Shown here: piece after piece, positions 1-13,140 of the stretch
Position numbering within the stretch: the stretch's first letter is position 1
How the letters are laid out: the number at the start of each line of letters is the position of its first letter
Assembly (NCBI GenBank): GCA_030390025.1
Contig: CM059432.1
Coordinates: 103,852,001-103,916,000 of the forward strand
Length of the DNA: 64,000 nucleotides
Source of the DNA: Squalus acanthias
Taxonomy: Eukaryota
Direction of reading: 5' to 3'
The notes under the pieces: generated by a model
The model's input: only the letters and a program-made list of their open reading frames with translations
Told to the model about the DNA's origin: nothing
Databases searched by the model: none
Position numbers and translations under genes: made by a program

Positions 1-735
1 TCTGCATCTATCTTGTGATCTAATAATTTAGAGAACATCTGTTTTTGTTCAGTTACAGTTCTTAAAAAGTTTATACCAGCTTGTAATGATTAAACTGTTT
101 CCTAGCTTTTTTGTAACAAAATAGGAAACTATCACCATTATCACATAAATATTTTTTATATTTTAGAAAGTTGTTTACTCCTCTTTTATGTCCAATCATG
201 GCATTTACAATTCCCAGACTGAGAGCATGGATAGGCAATGTGCTCCAAGGCATTGCAGCTTGAGCCAGTCAGCAAGATGTACTCAATAGTTGTCTCCAAC
301 AATTCACCTTTCTAATCTCCCTCTTTCACCATGAAGAACTATCTCTATTCTGCTCAGTATCTCCCTCCAAATGACTTGGCTGACGATTTTCTCTTTTTTC
401 AGGAATAGTGATTAGTGGGCTCAAACTGGGGTGTCGTGTCCAGATATGTTACACCAGCACATTTCCAAATTAGCACGGATCATTCAGAGACACTCATTCA
501 ATAAGTCAAATTCCAGGAATTTTAACGGTATTTTGGAAATTACATTTTGCCATACTTTAAAATTAGGGCCATTATTGGTTTATGTTTATAATGCATAAGC
601 TAATATATGGGCATAAGCCAAAATCCGTTTTTATCACATGGGAACTGAGAATTTTTACCCAGGGATCAAATTCTGAGATTCCATGAAAACTATAAATCAA
701 TGGCTTTGGCTATAGTTGTAATCATGGACAATACA

Positions 736-834
736 GGGGATATTTTCCCCTGCGCAACATGTAGCAAAATTATAAATCGGCTTGTTATAAATGTGCTTAT
801 AATTTTACTACATGCACAAAGGAAGTCTTTCCCC
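736..834. mobile_element. Tiny palindromic MITE-like element (~99 bp)
   Basis: The left arm GGGGATATTTTCCCCTGCGCAACATGTAGCAAAATTATAA is an imperfect inverted repeat of the right arm TTATAATTTTACTACATGCACAAAGGAAGTCTTTCCCC. GGGG...CCCC ends resemble the Harbinger-type MITEs elsewhere in the window. Confidence 0.6.
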
Positions 835-884
835 ATTATCAGCAATTACAAATACTTTTCTTCTCTTCTGGCCTTCTCCATTCT

Positions 885-1290
885 CTCCTCCTTTTCTCAC
901 CTTCTCTCCTGAAAACACTAACTCTTGCTAAGATATTGGATCACAGGCACAACAACCCTCTGTTACCTTATTCCAGAGCTCAAGCTTCACACGTTAGCCT
1001 AGACATTGAGCATCGCCAGCCTATTCAATTCTGGGGGTATTAAAGTCGACCAGAGTCTTCACCTGACAAAAATACATGTGCAATTTCCGTGGGATCATAG
1101 ATCTCTCAGGAGCTCTAACTTATTTTCCCCTAACTATTTCCAGGGACACTGAAATCTATTTTTGTACCTCCATTACCATCCCAACTGAGATCAGGTAACT
1201 TAGCATTGGTCAGAGTTTGAATCTGAGACCCATCTGATGTGTATGGCTCAGTACCACACAATACAGAGCATTTACTTCACTGAGCCATCG
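885..1290 (-). mobile_element. Old tRNA-derived SINE (unnamed family X)
   Basis: The minus strand starts GATGGCTCAGTGAAGTAAATG (A-box-like), then GTACTGAGCCATACAC. The body resembles copies at 1.56, 25.3, 51.0, 52.0 and 62.6 kb, and it has a purine-rich tail. Confidence 0.55.
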
Positions 1291-1560
1291 GGGTTGGGGG
1301 CGGTGGGGGTGGAGGGAAAGAGAAGGTTTGTACCACAGTTTTCTTATATCATTAATGGTTTCATAACATTACTGCTCAGTTCCACAGAGACCTTCCGTAT
1401 TATGGTTATGAGTAATGTACTATTGAAATTACATTTACTAAAGCTTTAAGTTTATGTGAATACAATTGTTAAATCTAGAAAATAGACACAAAAAAGGTTT
1501 CTAAGTCTATTTCCAAAATTTGTGAAAGTCAGCCAAAAATATGAAACAAGCTCACAAACT

Positions 1561-1915
1561 GTGGCCAAATGTGTTACTGAGCCACACTAACCAAGAAGGT
1601 CCTGAGTTTAATCCCTGGCCACTGCTGAGTCCCGGGTGGTGACAGAGGCACTACAAGCTGGTCTCAGTGCTCCTTACCCGCACCTGGAAAGGAAAACATC
1701 TGCAAGGTTACCACTCTTGATTGGTATCCAGTGACCCAGCTTGAAATTGTGCACATTGACATAGGATTGAGCTTGTTTGTGAGGCCCTACACAGTCATAT
1801 AGCCTGCCAAAATTCACAGACCAGGCTCGCACATGATGAATAGCACATGCAGAAAGTACCAGAGAAACTATATGCCAGTTTGCCTTACTGTCATCAGGAA
1901 AGGAGGGAGAACAAA
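1561..1915 (+). mobile_element. Old tRNA-derived SINE (family X)
   Basis: Shared blocks ACTGAGCCACAC..AAGGTCC..CTACAA..TATCCAGTGA..ATAGCCTGCC..AGGCTC, and a GA-rich tail. Confidence 0.55.
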
Positions 1916-3515
1916 AATTGGATGGAAATGAAAAATAATTTTACTAATTGATAAATGAGCAGTTTTAATTTACACTTAACTTCTATTTAGTTTAATTATT
2001 GGGCTGAATGTTTTTGTTATGAAACAAAAATATGGTTTCTAAACTAGCACTTCTCAGGACAATAGATAATAAAATGTGAAAAAGCTTTGCTATCTAAATA
2101 CTGAATAGAATGTGTTGAAGGCTTATATTTTCAAATCTAAACATTAAGGGATGGAAATGAGCATGTTAACAAGGAACGTCTCTATTTTTAACCTAAATTT
2201 AGGAGAACGCTATGGAAGGTTTATTCCTTGGACAAAGTGAGAGATGTCTACTTTTCTGGTCTAAGTCTGTTACTGGGCATGCTCAGTATGAATAATACTC
2301 TCCTTTCAGGCGAGAACTGGCTTTCACTACTGCAGCAGTCTGCAGTCGGAATGAAAACTATTCATTGACACTCATCTCTTCACTTTTACCACATAACTTT
2401 CCATCAATTGAAACACGAGGCCTTTTTTTAATTACAGTAATTATAGTTTACACCAATATTACATTGCGTTAAATAAAGTTTAGCAGTAAAGCTGGAGTTA
2501 TGTGTAAACAGTGTAACCTTGCAGGGTTTCCGTGGATGTCTAATTGTATAAACAATAGCACTTTCCCATTAGTAATGTGCAGATCATCGGATAGATGTGG
2601 AAAAAAGGACAAAGCAAGATAGAAAGTAGGGAAAAGAAGAGCAATCCTCACAAAAAGTGTACCAATCCATAGGATCATTTAACCTAAATGATATGTGGGA
2701 GCAACAATAGGAATACAATAATTGTAAAGCTATATAATTAAAATAACAGCAATAAAAGTGAAACAAGGAGCATAGAAGATGAGGGTTTTTACAAAGTTAA
2801 TAACCCATTGCAAAATATGAATTTAAAACTGAAAGCCTATTTTCGCAATCTGAGGTTGGCTGGGGCTGGTATGGAAATCATTTCCCTTTTAGGTGCAGTA
2901 GCTGCTTTCCCCAGACTCAACAAAGCAGTGCAATATCATTTACATCTGATCCATAAAGTCTGACAACTGCTTCTTTGTTTCACCTAGCAGACTGGAAAGA
3001 ACTGCCACATGTTAACATATCAGTATAAAATTGTACTTATTACACATAAAGCAATTTGCGAGTCTGGCTAAAGTTGACAAAGAAATTCAATGTTAACTTA
3101 CCAGTATGAATACTCCTATCCCTTGATATAGAATTTTATACTTTTAGTTCCACAGGGGTAATTGTACATAAACAGAACTTCATATACACAGTACGGTCTT
3201 AGTAGAAAATACAGTTGTTGACTTAATGATCCATTCAAATGTGCATATGTTGTAAAATGATAAATGTCATGCACTGCGTTACATGAAACAGTCATTTGTG
3301 ATCTTACATATCTGATACTGAATATAAATTATGCCCACTGTAAACATAATTCTCAAACAAATAATACCTTGTTAAATAATTATTTGGAAATACAATTTTC
3401 TGCTTGAAGTTTTACTTTCCACTGTTTCTTAGTAACTTACCGTCTAAGCATGCATAACAACAATTATTATATAAAAGTTTCAAAAAGCACACAAAAATCA
3501 AACAGTGAAATATCG

Positions 3516-4258
3516 GGGTAGAGTTTCCACTTTGGGCGCAATCGGCGATCCAGGTGCAAATTGCGCCCAAAATTGCACTCGTTTTGATAAGTGCTTTTCT
3601 GCTCAAATTCATTTGCATATCGCCAAACGCAAAATCTGCCATGAACCAGTGCAATTGGGCAGTGTTTTAGAATGTAATTTTTTCTTTTAAATTTTTTGCT
3701 TTAAAAAATATTCCATGATATATTTAAGAGTGATAACTTGGTGCAGTTTGATTAATACAGCTGGAAATGGGTTATTCACAAAAAATAAGCATTTTAATCA
3801 GAGTGTCTAGTCCACCACCTGTGAGTAACCCAATTTTAAATAACTGAAAATGACTTCAAAAAAATATACAGAACCACTTGCGAGTTATATTTGGGTACAG
3901 TAGTCAGTTTATTAGTAACTTTAAAAAAATGATATTCAAAAGCTTTTAAAGCATGCCAATTGGTGTCCTTGCGCCCAAAAGAGCCTTAATTTTTAAAGCC
4001 TTCTCAAAGGTCCACAAACATGCACAATTAGCAGAAACTCCCAATGGTAGTTAATTCATCCTGGAGATGTGGCCAGTTTTGTGGACGGGGCTGGCTTCTA
4101 GCGCAAAGTTTTTTTAAACTAGCGCAAAAGATCGTGGAAACTCGGTTTGCACTGAATGGAATTTGCACTTAAAATTCTGCGATCTTTTGTGCTGGTTTCG
4201 CTGATTTCAGGTGAATTGCACCAAGAAACCAGTGCAACCGAGCGGAAGCTCTTATATC
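3516..4258. mobile_element. Degenerate non-autonomous DNA transposon (Harbinger-type MITE)
   Basis: Starts GGGGTAGAGTTTCCACT and ends AGCGGAAGCTCTTATATC (degenerate TIR). GC-rich subterminal GCGC/TGCA motifs flank an AT-rich core. Confidence 0.5.
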
Positions 4259-4634
4259 ATAGTGTGAATTGGGTTCGCTTAACATATAAAAAGATGAGAT
4301 TAAGCAACTATATGAAACAAACTCGCCTTCTTCATCATTTACATTCTGTCTTCCCTATTTAATACTTTTGGTGGATGCAACCCTACAACCCTACGACTAG
4401 GAAACGGGAGGCCGATAATTAATTATTTATGAGGGATTATCCATAATCTCTTTCACATCCCAGCATTCCAGTCTTTGTTGCCTCCTCAGCAGAGACAGGT
4501 TGTGCCAAAACTAACCATTACTGCTCAACTGTCATATCTTTGGAGAAAAGAGCAAAGGGGAGTTGCTTTTCAACATGAATTTACACTGAAGAATGAAGGA
4601 CCTTTCTTATTACAACTGTATCTGATAAAACTCC

Positions 4635-4693
4635 TGTGAAGCGCCTTGAGACGTTTTACTATGTTGAAGGCACTATATAAATGCAAGCTGTTG
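4635..4693 (+). mobile_element. L2-type 3' tail fragment
   Basis: CTGTGAAGCGCCTTGAGACGTTTTACTATGTTGAAGGCACTATATAAATGCAAG matches the 3' ends of the L2 copies at 11.6 and 32.1 kb. Confidence 0.7.
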
Positions 4694-4704
4694 TGTCGCC
4701 TTCT

Positions 4705-5174
4705 GTGTCAGCTGTGGCTCAGTATGTAGTACTCTTGCCTCTGAGTCAGAAGGTTGTGGGTTGAAGTCCCACTCCAGAGGCTTGAGCACAAAAATTTAGG
4801 CTGACACTCCAGTGCTGTGCTGAGGGAGTGCTGCACTGTCAGAGTTGCCGTCTTTCAGATGAGACTTTAAACCGAGGCCCCGTCTGCTCTCTCAGGTGAA
4901 TGTAAAAGATCCCATGACAATATTTTGAAGAAGAGCAGGGGAGTTATCCCCAGTGTCCTGGCTAATATTTATCCATTAATGAACACCATTAAAAACAACA
5001 GATTATCTGGTCTTTATCACATTGCTGTTTGTGGGAGCTTGCTGTGCGCAAATTGGCTGCCACGTTTCCTATATTACAACAGTAACTATACTTCAAAAGT
5101 ATTTAATTGGCTGTAAAGCGTTTTGAGACATTCTGAGGTCGTGAAAGGCGCTATAGAAATGCAAGTTTTTCTTT
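4705..5174 (+). mobile_element. Deu-domain SINE (SacSINE1-like), full length
   Basis: tRNA-like head (GTGGCTCAGT...GGTTGAAGTCC), Deu-type core TGTAAAAGATCCCATG..GAAGAAGAGCAGGGGAGTTATCCCC, and L2-like tail GGCGCTATAGAAATGCAAG. Confidence 0.85.
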
Positions 5175-5377
5175 CCCTGACCTACAGATCAAGACTGTAA
5201 GGTCTACCAAAGGAAAACCATTATAAAGGACTGAACAAAGGGACAGGTAATTTGGTTCCTTTGGTTTCTCAGCTGTGTGAGGCAAATACTCAAAATTTTA
5301 TGCAATAAATACAACAGCCTGATTTCCATACTTTTATAGTGATTCTTCTGCCATAAGACTGCCCTTATACTAACTAG

Positions 5378-6151
5378 GGGGGTGATTTTGCCAATGGGGA
5401 GCTTTTGGAGGCGGGACTCCCACTTGTCGGGTTTCAGTCCCACCTTCATCAACTTCTGGCCAACCCACGCTATTTTCCCTTGATTGACCTTGTTAAGCCC
5501 GCCCAGCGGGTTTAGCAGGCCAATTAAGGGAAAGCCGGTTGCAGAGAACGTCAGCGTATGACGTTTCATCTGTCAAAAATTTTTGGCAGATGAATTGTCA
5601 TCGTTTGACAGCTCTGTGAAGCTGTCAAATACTGACATTCTCTGAAGTTTGATGAGTTCTTGAATTCAAGACCTCAGCAAACCTCTTTCTTTTGCAGAAA
5701 TGAGATGGTTGTTGCATTGGAGAATGCAACGGCCATCTGTCATCTCTACCACGGAGGTGCAAGACTCTCCACATACCCACCGACTGAAGCCTGCAGGAAG
5801 AAACAAAGGTAAGTACACTTTTTCTAACACTTTCCACTTACCTCAGATACTCACCTCTCCACATTTGCACCCATCACTCACCTCCACAGCACACTTTTGG
5901 ACCCCGCAGACCCACTACTCGCCTCGGTGACCCTGGCGGGTTTCGGAGCCTTCGGAAAGTTCGCACTTGTGTGGGCAAAATGGTGATAAGCCTATTTTCT
6001 GCCTGGTAACTACGGGACAGCTATCCGCCTCCTGGCAAGATGGCATGGAGGCTGGGTTAGGGGCGGGTTGGGCACCCGCCCCCAAATTCTGCCATTTTCC
6101 CGGCAGTCCCGCCTCCATACCCGCCTCCCCAGGGCTGGCAAAATCGCCCCC
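5378..6151. mobile_element. Non-autonomous PIF/Harbinger element (774 bp)
   Basis: TIRs GGGGGTGATTTTGCCA / TGGCAAAATCGCCCCC (15/16) with a 3-bp TSD TAG on both sides. Confidence 0.85.
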
Positions 6152-8441
6152 TAGGTTTTTACTTACAATAAAGTAGTAACAATACATACATACACATATA
6201 TATTTAACATTGAAACCTGGGTCACCAATACCAATGGCAATTGGGTCAGAGAAATTGTCGGGAGATGATTTTCATTAGATCTTCTTCTAATATCAAGACT
6301 ATAAGGTAGATTTTACTATCCCCGTGAAGTGGAGCTAGGAACAGATTGCAGCCAGTGCACGGAATTAACTGTGCACAATTTTCTAGCATCATTTAAATAG
6401 AATATTTAGCAAGAGCTCCCAGAAGAGCTTTGACCGTGTGCTGAAAACTAACCTCGTGGAAAATCCAGCTGGCAACTCAAATTTAAAGGAAGTGGCCATA
6501 TATGGGGGTCAAATGCCGCTTCAGCGGCTGCAAAGGCTCATATGGAGGATTTTAATTAATTGTCAGCTTTTGACAAGGCTGTAGAGAGAGGAAGGAAAGT
6601 AGTACCAGGCAAAAATCATTTGAAAGGAAAACCAATGTGGAAGCAGAAAATGGAATTTTATGAGCAAGTGGTGAGAGCAGACACAAGAGAAGATGGCCCA
6701 TTTTAAGGAATGTGGCCTGTTAAAACTAATGAACATTTACCAGCTCAAAGGATCAAGACTGCACCAAAATAGTATTGCCTATAAACTTGTTCCATATTTA
6801 CTGCTCACCCATGGAAAGCTCTTATAAAATGTTACAGATTGTTCATTGCATTGCGGCATACCCATCCCGTAACAGGCCGCACATTCAAAATGCAATGTAC
6901 AATTGTTAGCCTTGTCACAATCATATCTTCCAAGGCCTTCGCACATCAAATCATTGTGACCTAGCTGCATCGTCACTTTTTGATGCACATGTTTTCAATT
7001 TACATCTCAAGACTACTTTTCTGCTTCCATGAAGATGGCACAAACTTCAAGGAAATAGGTCCCAATTGGAGATAGGTTAACAAATCACTGAACCTTAACT
7101 CCCTTGAAAGAGGCTAGCCTGACCATCATAGCATATCAGATCATGGAAGGAGTAGGGAAAGATGGCGCACAAGGCCTCCCTCAAGGTCAGGCCTAGTACT
7201 ACGCAGCTCTTACATCTTGCCCCTTTCTCACTCACTCACTCCCACATAGGCATACACATAACCACACAAACATCAGACACATATCGTGCATTGAAAACAC
7301 TAAAGGTGTGTCAGAACAGCCTGTCTGCACTAGCACGGGCCCAGAGCAAGGCAGTAGCGCACAACATCCTGCATCCCTCTTACCAAAGTTCACAAGCATC
7401 AACACAACTATACACACCCCAGAGAATGCAGTTAATCAGCTTGAAGAGGTAGCACTGGTTGAGGCAGACTGCACGTGAGAAAGAGTAAATGGTGGTAGCA
7501 GAGGAAGTGAAAGTACGACTGTTGCAGGAAAAAGAATGCTAAATAAAAGTCTTACAATGCCAAAAAAGGCATCTACTGCAATGGGGGGCAATGACTAATG
7601 AAAAGATTTGATAAATATTCTTTTGCCTTTTCTCTGCACTTCAGTTATTCACCATCGCTATCGCTATTTTCACAACTATTACTGATATGAGCTAGGTCAC
7701 TTGTTGGCCACAAAAAACAGACTTATCCAATCTAAGTAGTCCATGGCATCATAGTGAATTTTCAGTAATATATCCTAGCCTCTTTGCAATAGTTTTTTTA
7801 TATGGGCTAGGAAGGTACTTTATCTGAAAGACAGACAAGATAATATTATAGTATCCCTCATCTGTAGACTTGCTCGGGGATCATGAGGCTGCTTTGAGCT
7901 CTGAGCTCATTTCTACATAAGGATCCCCCAATAAGTCCACTTTTCCTAGATGTCCTCTCCGTCTCTGGGCAGAGCACCAGATGAGGGTATCATTGTCACT
8001 GGTACTTGTTCCCAGCTGAGGACCCAGGAAGCCTTGGTGAGTATGCCATTGAATCCACCACAATCATACAGAACTATTCATTTGGATGTCAGCACCACTG
8101 ACCTCTGCAAGATGCCATGAAAGCACAACAAAATCTTTAAAAGACTACTGTAATAGAGCCACCTGGTGGACTACTGATGTATATAATAATAAAGCCATGT
8201 GCAGTACAGTTCTTACTGGAAGCCATGTTGTGCTGTTGTATATATATGCTGTGTCTCAAGATATCACAGAATTGGCGATGAGCATGCAATTGTGGATTCC
8301 CTAGCTGAAATTTTTGTTGGAGGATAATCCTGTCAACCATTGGAGAGACTGTTAGAGGTTCTTCGTTTTGCAGAAAAACTTAAAAATCCAAGGTAAATTT
8401 CGAGCACACGTGGCTGAACTGTCGACATTGCCAGAGTCCAG

Positions 8442-9137
8442 ATGTCCACGCCTATGGGAATAATAGGGCATTTGGGTGAGTTCCATCGCGACCGAGAGAC
8501 TTTCGGAGTATATGTGGAGCGGCTAGAAATGTTTTTCACCGCGAATAGTATTGTCGGAGTCCCCGATGATGTAAACTGTAACTGGGCGGTTTTAGAAATG
8601 AAACAGGCTATTTTTTTGACTGAAGCAGGCCCCGAGGTGTATGAAACCGTGAAAAATTTGCTTGTTCCCACCAAGCCGAAGGACCCGCCACTGAAGGAGA
8701 TCCTAACCAAGTTAGAAAAGCACTACAGTCCTGAGCCCCTGGAAATTGCTGAAAGTTATCGTTTTGGAACACGAGATCAATTAAATGTCGAGATGTATCA
8801 GTGAGTACATTTCACTGTCATTTCAGAAACTTTCAGGACCGAGCTTTGCGTGAAAAATGAACGTATCAGAAGTAAATTGTTGACAACCCCTAACTTGACT
8901 TTTGACTTAGCTTGTCAGACAGCTATGTCGATGGATATGGCCGACCGATACTCCCGAGAGTTCCACGCCATTTCCAATCGTCAGACAACCGAGGTGAATC
9001 GGCTGCAGGCTAAAAGTAAAAGCCAGTTGGGCCCCAAGGCCTCAGCAACTGGCTACGGTAACAGTGCATTGAAGTCGTGCTATCAGTGCCTGCAAGAAAA
9101 CTGGGTATCTTGCAAAGGCGTGCCGACAGAAGAGTAA
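8442..9137 (+). pseudogene. Gypsy gag, frameshifted
   Basis: IIGHLGEF..YVERLEMFFTAN..LEKHYSP..AESYRF, then IRSKLL..LTFDLA and a truncated zinc knuckle (CYQC). Confidence 0.85.
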
Positions 9138-9279
9138 ACCGACTAGCAATGCTAGAAGTAGAAATTGCCAGACACTACATACCGTTGAAGAGAAGCAGCA
9201 GGACGAGGAGTTTCTGGAGAGTCATGTCATCAGGAGCACGAAGGTATCTAATAGCGATTCGCAAGGTATTGTCATCCAA

Positions 9280-11093
9280 GTAGATGTCGCAGGAACCAGG
9301 ATACCCATGGAAATCGAACCTGGTGCATCCGTGAGCGTATTACCAGAATCACTATATCGCGACAAGTTGCGTGATTATCGACTAGAGAAATCGAAGGTAG
9401 AGCTGCGAGGCTACTCAGGAGAGCAAATCCCTGTAGTAGGAAGTGTCACCATACCAGGATCAGTGTCACAGCTTGCCTCTCATAGTAGTGGCAGGAGACA
9501 AGCCTGCCTTGATAGGTAGAAATTGGTTGGGATCACTAAAGCTGGATTGGAATGAGATTTTTCGTGTGGAAGTGAAATTTGCATCGAAAGATGATGTCAT
9601 CAAGCAGTATCCGAAGGTGTTCAGCGAAACGGGCAGTCCGATCCAAGACTTCAAGGCGAGTGTCAGAGTGCAGAAGGACACAAGACCAGTTTACTGTAAG
9701 CCAAGACCTGTACCATACGCATTCGAGGAGAACGTTGAGCAAGAACTCAAAAGACTAGAAACTGAGAACATTATCTCTAAGGTAGATCTGAGTAATTGGG
9801 CTACACCCATTGTTGTTGTACCTAAGTCAGATGGTAAGGTAAGGGTGTTTGATGATTATAAGATAACCGTAAACCAGGTTCTAGAGTGTAATCTACCCAA
9901 TATGTTGCCAAATGTGGAAGATTTGTTCACAACGCTGACAGGTGGCCAGATCTTTACGAAGTTAGACCTAACAAACGCCTACCTACAACTTGAGTTAGAT
10001 GAAGAGTCCAAGTCATGCTTGACTATAAATACTCACCAAGGCCTATATCAGTTCAATAGGCTTTTTGGAGTGTCTTCTGCCCCCGATATATTCCAGGGGG
10101 AGATGAATCAAATTTTGCAAGGGACTGAAGGGTTAGTGTGTTATTTGGATGACATACTCATTTTAGCACCAAACAGGCAAATCCATGATGAGGTGTTGAA
10201 TGAAGTGCTTAAATGGCTAGAGAAGCACGGAGTACGAGTGACAGCTCACAAGTGTGAGTTGTTTCAAAACTCAGTGGAGTACTTAGGGCACAGAGTAGAC
10301 AAAGATGGTTCACATCCAACCAAGGAAAAGCTGGGAAGAATGTTTCTGAACTTCGATCATTTTTGGGTCTTTTGAATTATTATGGAAAGTTCCTCCCAAA
10401 CTTGGCTACATTGTTACATCCACTGAATGAGCTGTTGAGATAACAGGTCCCTTGGAAGTGGTCAAAAGAATGCGACACACCATTCAAACAGTGTAAAAGC
10501 CAGTTAGTAGAGAGTACTGTGTTAGCTCACTACGATGTATCTAAGGAGATCAAGCTAGCGTGTGACATCCATCCATACGTCATCCGTAGGAATGAATTGT
10601 CAGTGGATAAAGATTGTATCATGTGGGGAGCAAGAACGGTATCCCAAATAGGTTCAGATCTAAATTGTTAGGAGATCTTCATGACCAGCACCTGGGAATG
10701 TGCTTGACCAAGAGCTTTCCACACAGTTACTTATGATGGCCAGGTTTAGATAAAGAGATAGAGCACATAGTCAGTCAGTGTACAACATGTCAATCGGTGA
10801 GCAAGAAACCACCATCAGTACCATTACAGCCATGGAAATGTCTCCCAGGGTGTGGCAAAGGTTACATGTCGATTTTGCTGAGCTAGAAGGACAGCAATTG
10901 TTCATAGTGATAGATAGTCACTCGAAGTGGGTAGAGGTGCTACTGATGCGGATAATAACAAGCAAAACACTAGAGAATTTGCGAAAATTGGTTTCTTCAT
11001 ACGGCCTCCCAGAAGAAATTGTGTCTGATAATGGGCCGCAATTTTGTTCAGAAGAGTTCACACAGTTCATGAGCAGAAATGGTGTAAAACATT
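9280..11093 (+). pseudogene. Gypsy pol (protease-RT-RNaseH-integrase), disrupted
   Basis: Protease motif decayed to MEIEPGASVS; RT motifs WATPIVVVPK, KLDLTNAYLQ, CYLDDILI; integrase H-H/C-C remnant and RLHVDFA...IVSDNGPQF. Multiple stops, frameshifts and deletions. Confidence 0.9.
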
Positions 11094-11385
11094 GGGCCAA
11101 AAATTCGGCACTTGCCGGGTGAGTACTATGTAAGGCCCCCTGAAGTGCCGGTTTCCTGCATGCACTGCGCATGCGCGGGAAACCGGAACTTCCGGTCTCG
11201 TGAAGGGAGGGGTTCAGAGGTGAACCGCGTGCGCAGGAGAGGCTGCGCGCACGCAGTGAACTTAGGTTTTTTTTCAGGTTTCTCTGGGAAGGTAAGTATG
11301 GAAGAAGCTGCACTTTTAAAAAGGAGGCGCAAGACCCGTTTTTAACAAGGTAAGTGGTTAATTAATTACAATTTTAAAATTTTCC
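11094..11385 (+). mobile_element. Left part of a Harbinger-type MITE (family M) truncating the Gypsy integrase
   Basis: Begins ATT|GGGCCAAAAATTCGG and contains the hairpin CCGGTTTCC..TGCGCATGCGC..GGAAACCGG. Homologous to 17.8, 13.3 and 40.4 kb. Confidence 0.75.
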
Positions 11386-11499
11386 ACTATGAATCTAACC
11401 AGGTCTAATGGATATTATGGGCTGAATTACTTTCCTTCCTCTATGGTCTCTCTCTTTCGCTGTCTACCTTAATTAGACGCAGGAATTACCTGAGTGTGA

Positions 11500-13140
11500 A
11501 AGAAAGAACTTACACTTATATAGCATCTTTCACATCCCACAGACATCCCAATGAACTTTACCACCAGTTAATTAACTTTGAAGTGTAGTCACTGTTGTTT
11601 TGTAGGCAAACACAACAGCCAATTTGCAGACAACATCAGCTTGTATTTATATAGTGCCTTTAACGTAGTAAAATGTCGCAAGACACTTCACAGGAGTGTT
11701 ATAAGACAAAAATTTGACATCAAGCCACATAAGGAGAAATTCGGGCAGATGACCAAAAGCTTGGTCAAAGAGGTAGGTTTTAAGGAGCATCTTAAAAGGA
11801 GGAAAGAGAGGTAGAGAGGCGGAGAGGATTAGGGAGGGAATTCCAGAGCTTAGAGCCTAGACAACTGAAGGCACGGCCACCAAAGTTTGAGCGATTATAA
11901 TCAGGGATGCTCAAGAGGGCAGAATTAGAGGAGCACAGATATTTCGGGGGGTTGTGGGACTGGAAGAGATTACAGAGACAAGGAGGGGCATGTAGGGATG
12001 TGAAAACAAGGATGAGAATTTTGATATCGAGGCGTTGCTTAACCAAGAGCCAATGTAGGTCAGTGAGCACAGGGTTGATGGGTGAACGGGACATGGTGCA
12101 AGTTAGGACATGGGCAACCGAGTTTTGGATAACCTCAAGTTTACGGAGGGTAGAACATGGGAGGCCAGCCAGGAGTGCATTGGAATAGTCAAGTCTAGAG
12201 GTAACAAAGGCATGGATAAGGGTTTCAGCAGCAGATGAGCTGAGGTGGGGCAGAGATGGGCGATGTTACGGAGGTAGAAATAGCCGGTCTTAGTTATGCC
12301 GCGGATGTGTGGTCGGAAGCTCATTTCAGGGTCAAATATGACACCAAGGTCGCGAACAGTGTGGTTCAGCCTCAGACAAATGTTAGGGAGAGGGATGGAG
12401 TCAATGGCTAGGGAATGGAGTTTGTGGCAGGGACCAAAAACAATGGCTTCGATCTTCCCAATATTTAATTGGAGAAAATTTCTGCTCATCCAGTACTGGA
12501 TGTCGGACAAGCAGTCTGACAATTTAGAGACTGTGGAGAGGTCAAGAGAATTGGTGGTGATGTAGAGCGGGGTGTCGTCAGTGTACATGTGGAAACTGAC
12601 GCTGTGTTTTTGGATGATGTCGGCAAGGAGCGGCATGTCGGTGAGAAATAGGAGGGGGCCAAGGATAGATCCTTGGGGGACACCAGAGGGAGCGGGAAGA
12701 GAAGCCATTGCGATTAGATAGATAAGAATGGAACCAGGCGAGTGCAGTCCCACCCAGCTGGACGGCGGTGGAGAGGCGTTGGAGGAGGATGGAGTGGTCA
12801 ACCATATCAAAGGCAGCAGACAAGTTGAGAAAGACGAGGAGAGATACAAGGTCCCAGAAACAGCAGTGAGAAGGATGACCAGATAATCTATTTTTACTTA
12901 AGGCACAAATGTTGGTGAGGACAACTCCCCTGCTCTTTTTTGAATAAAATCATGGAATCTTTTACATCTAGCCAAACAGGCTGTTTAACATCTTACCTGA
13001 GGGACGGCACCTGTAACAATGCAGCACTCCCTCAGTACTGCACTTAAGTGTCAGCCTATATTATGCACAAGGCCTGGAATGGGACTTGAACCCATGACCT
13101 TCTAACTCCGAGAGAATAATACTACCACTGAAGCTGACAC
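11500..13140 (-). mobile_element. SacSINE1-like SINE split in two by an L2 insertion
   Basis: The tail part (11500-11630) and the head/Deu part (12847-13140) are collinear with the intact copy at 4705-5174. Confidence 0.7.
11631..12846 (-). mobile_element. L2-clade LINE 3' fragment (RT remnant)
   Basis: [46 protein letters not shown] and WNSLP motifs with frameshifts, plus an L2 tail. Confidence 0.9.

Larger units (their letters stand above)
8149..11093 (+). mobile_element. Decayed Gypsy/Ty3 LTR retrotransposon, 3' end lost
   Basis: Short TG..CA LTR candidate at 8149-8268 followed by a PBS-like TGGCGATGAG (8273). Then gag, protease, RT, RNase H and integrase remnants in Gypsy order. No 3' LTR is visible. 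Confidence 0.9.

Noticed and set aside
6500..7600. Very old Harbinger remnant (VAEEV..QCQKR-like at 7490-7570)
   Set aside because: Similarity too fragmentary and no TIR pair established.
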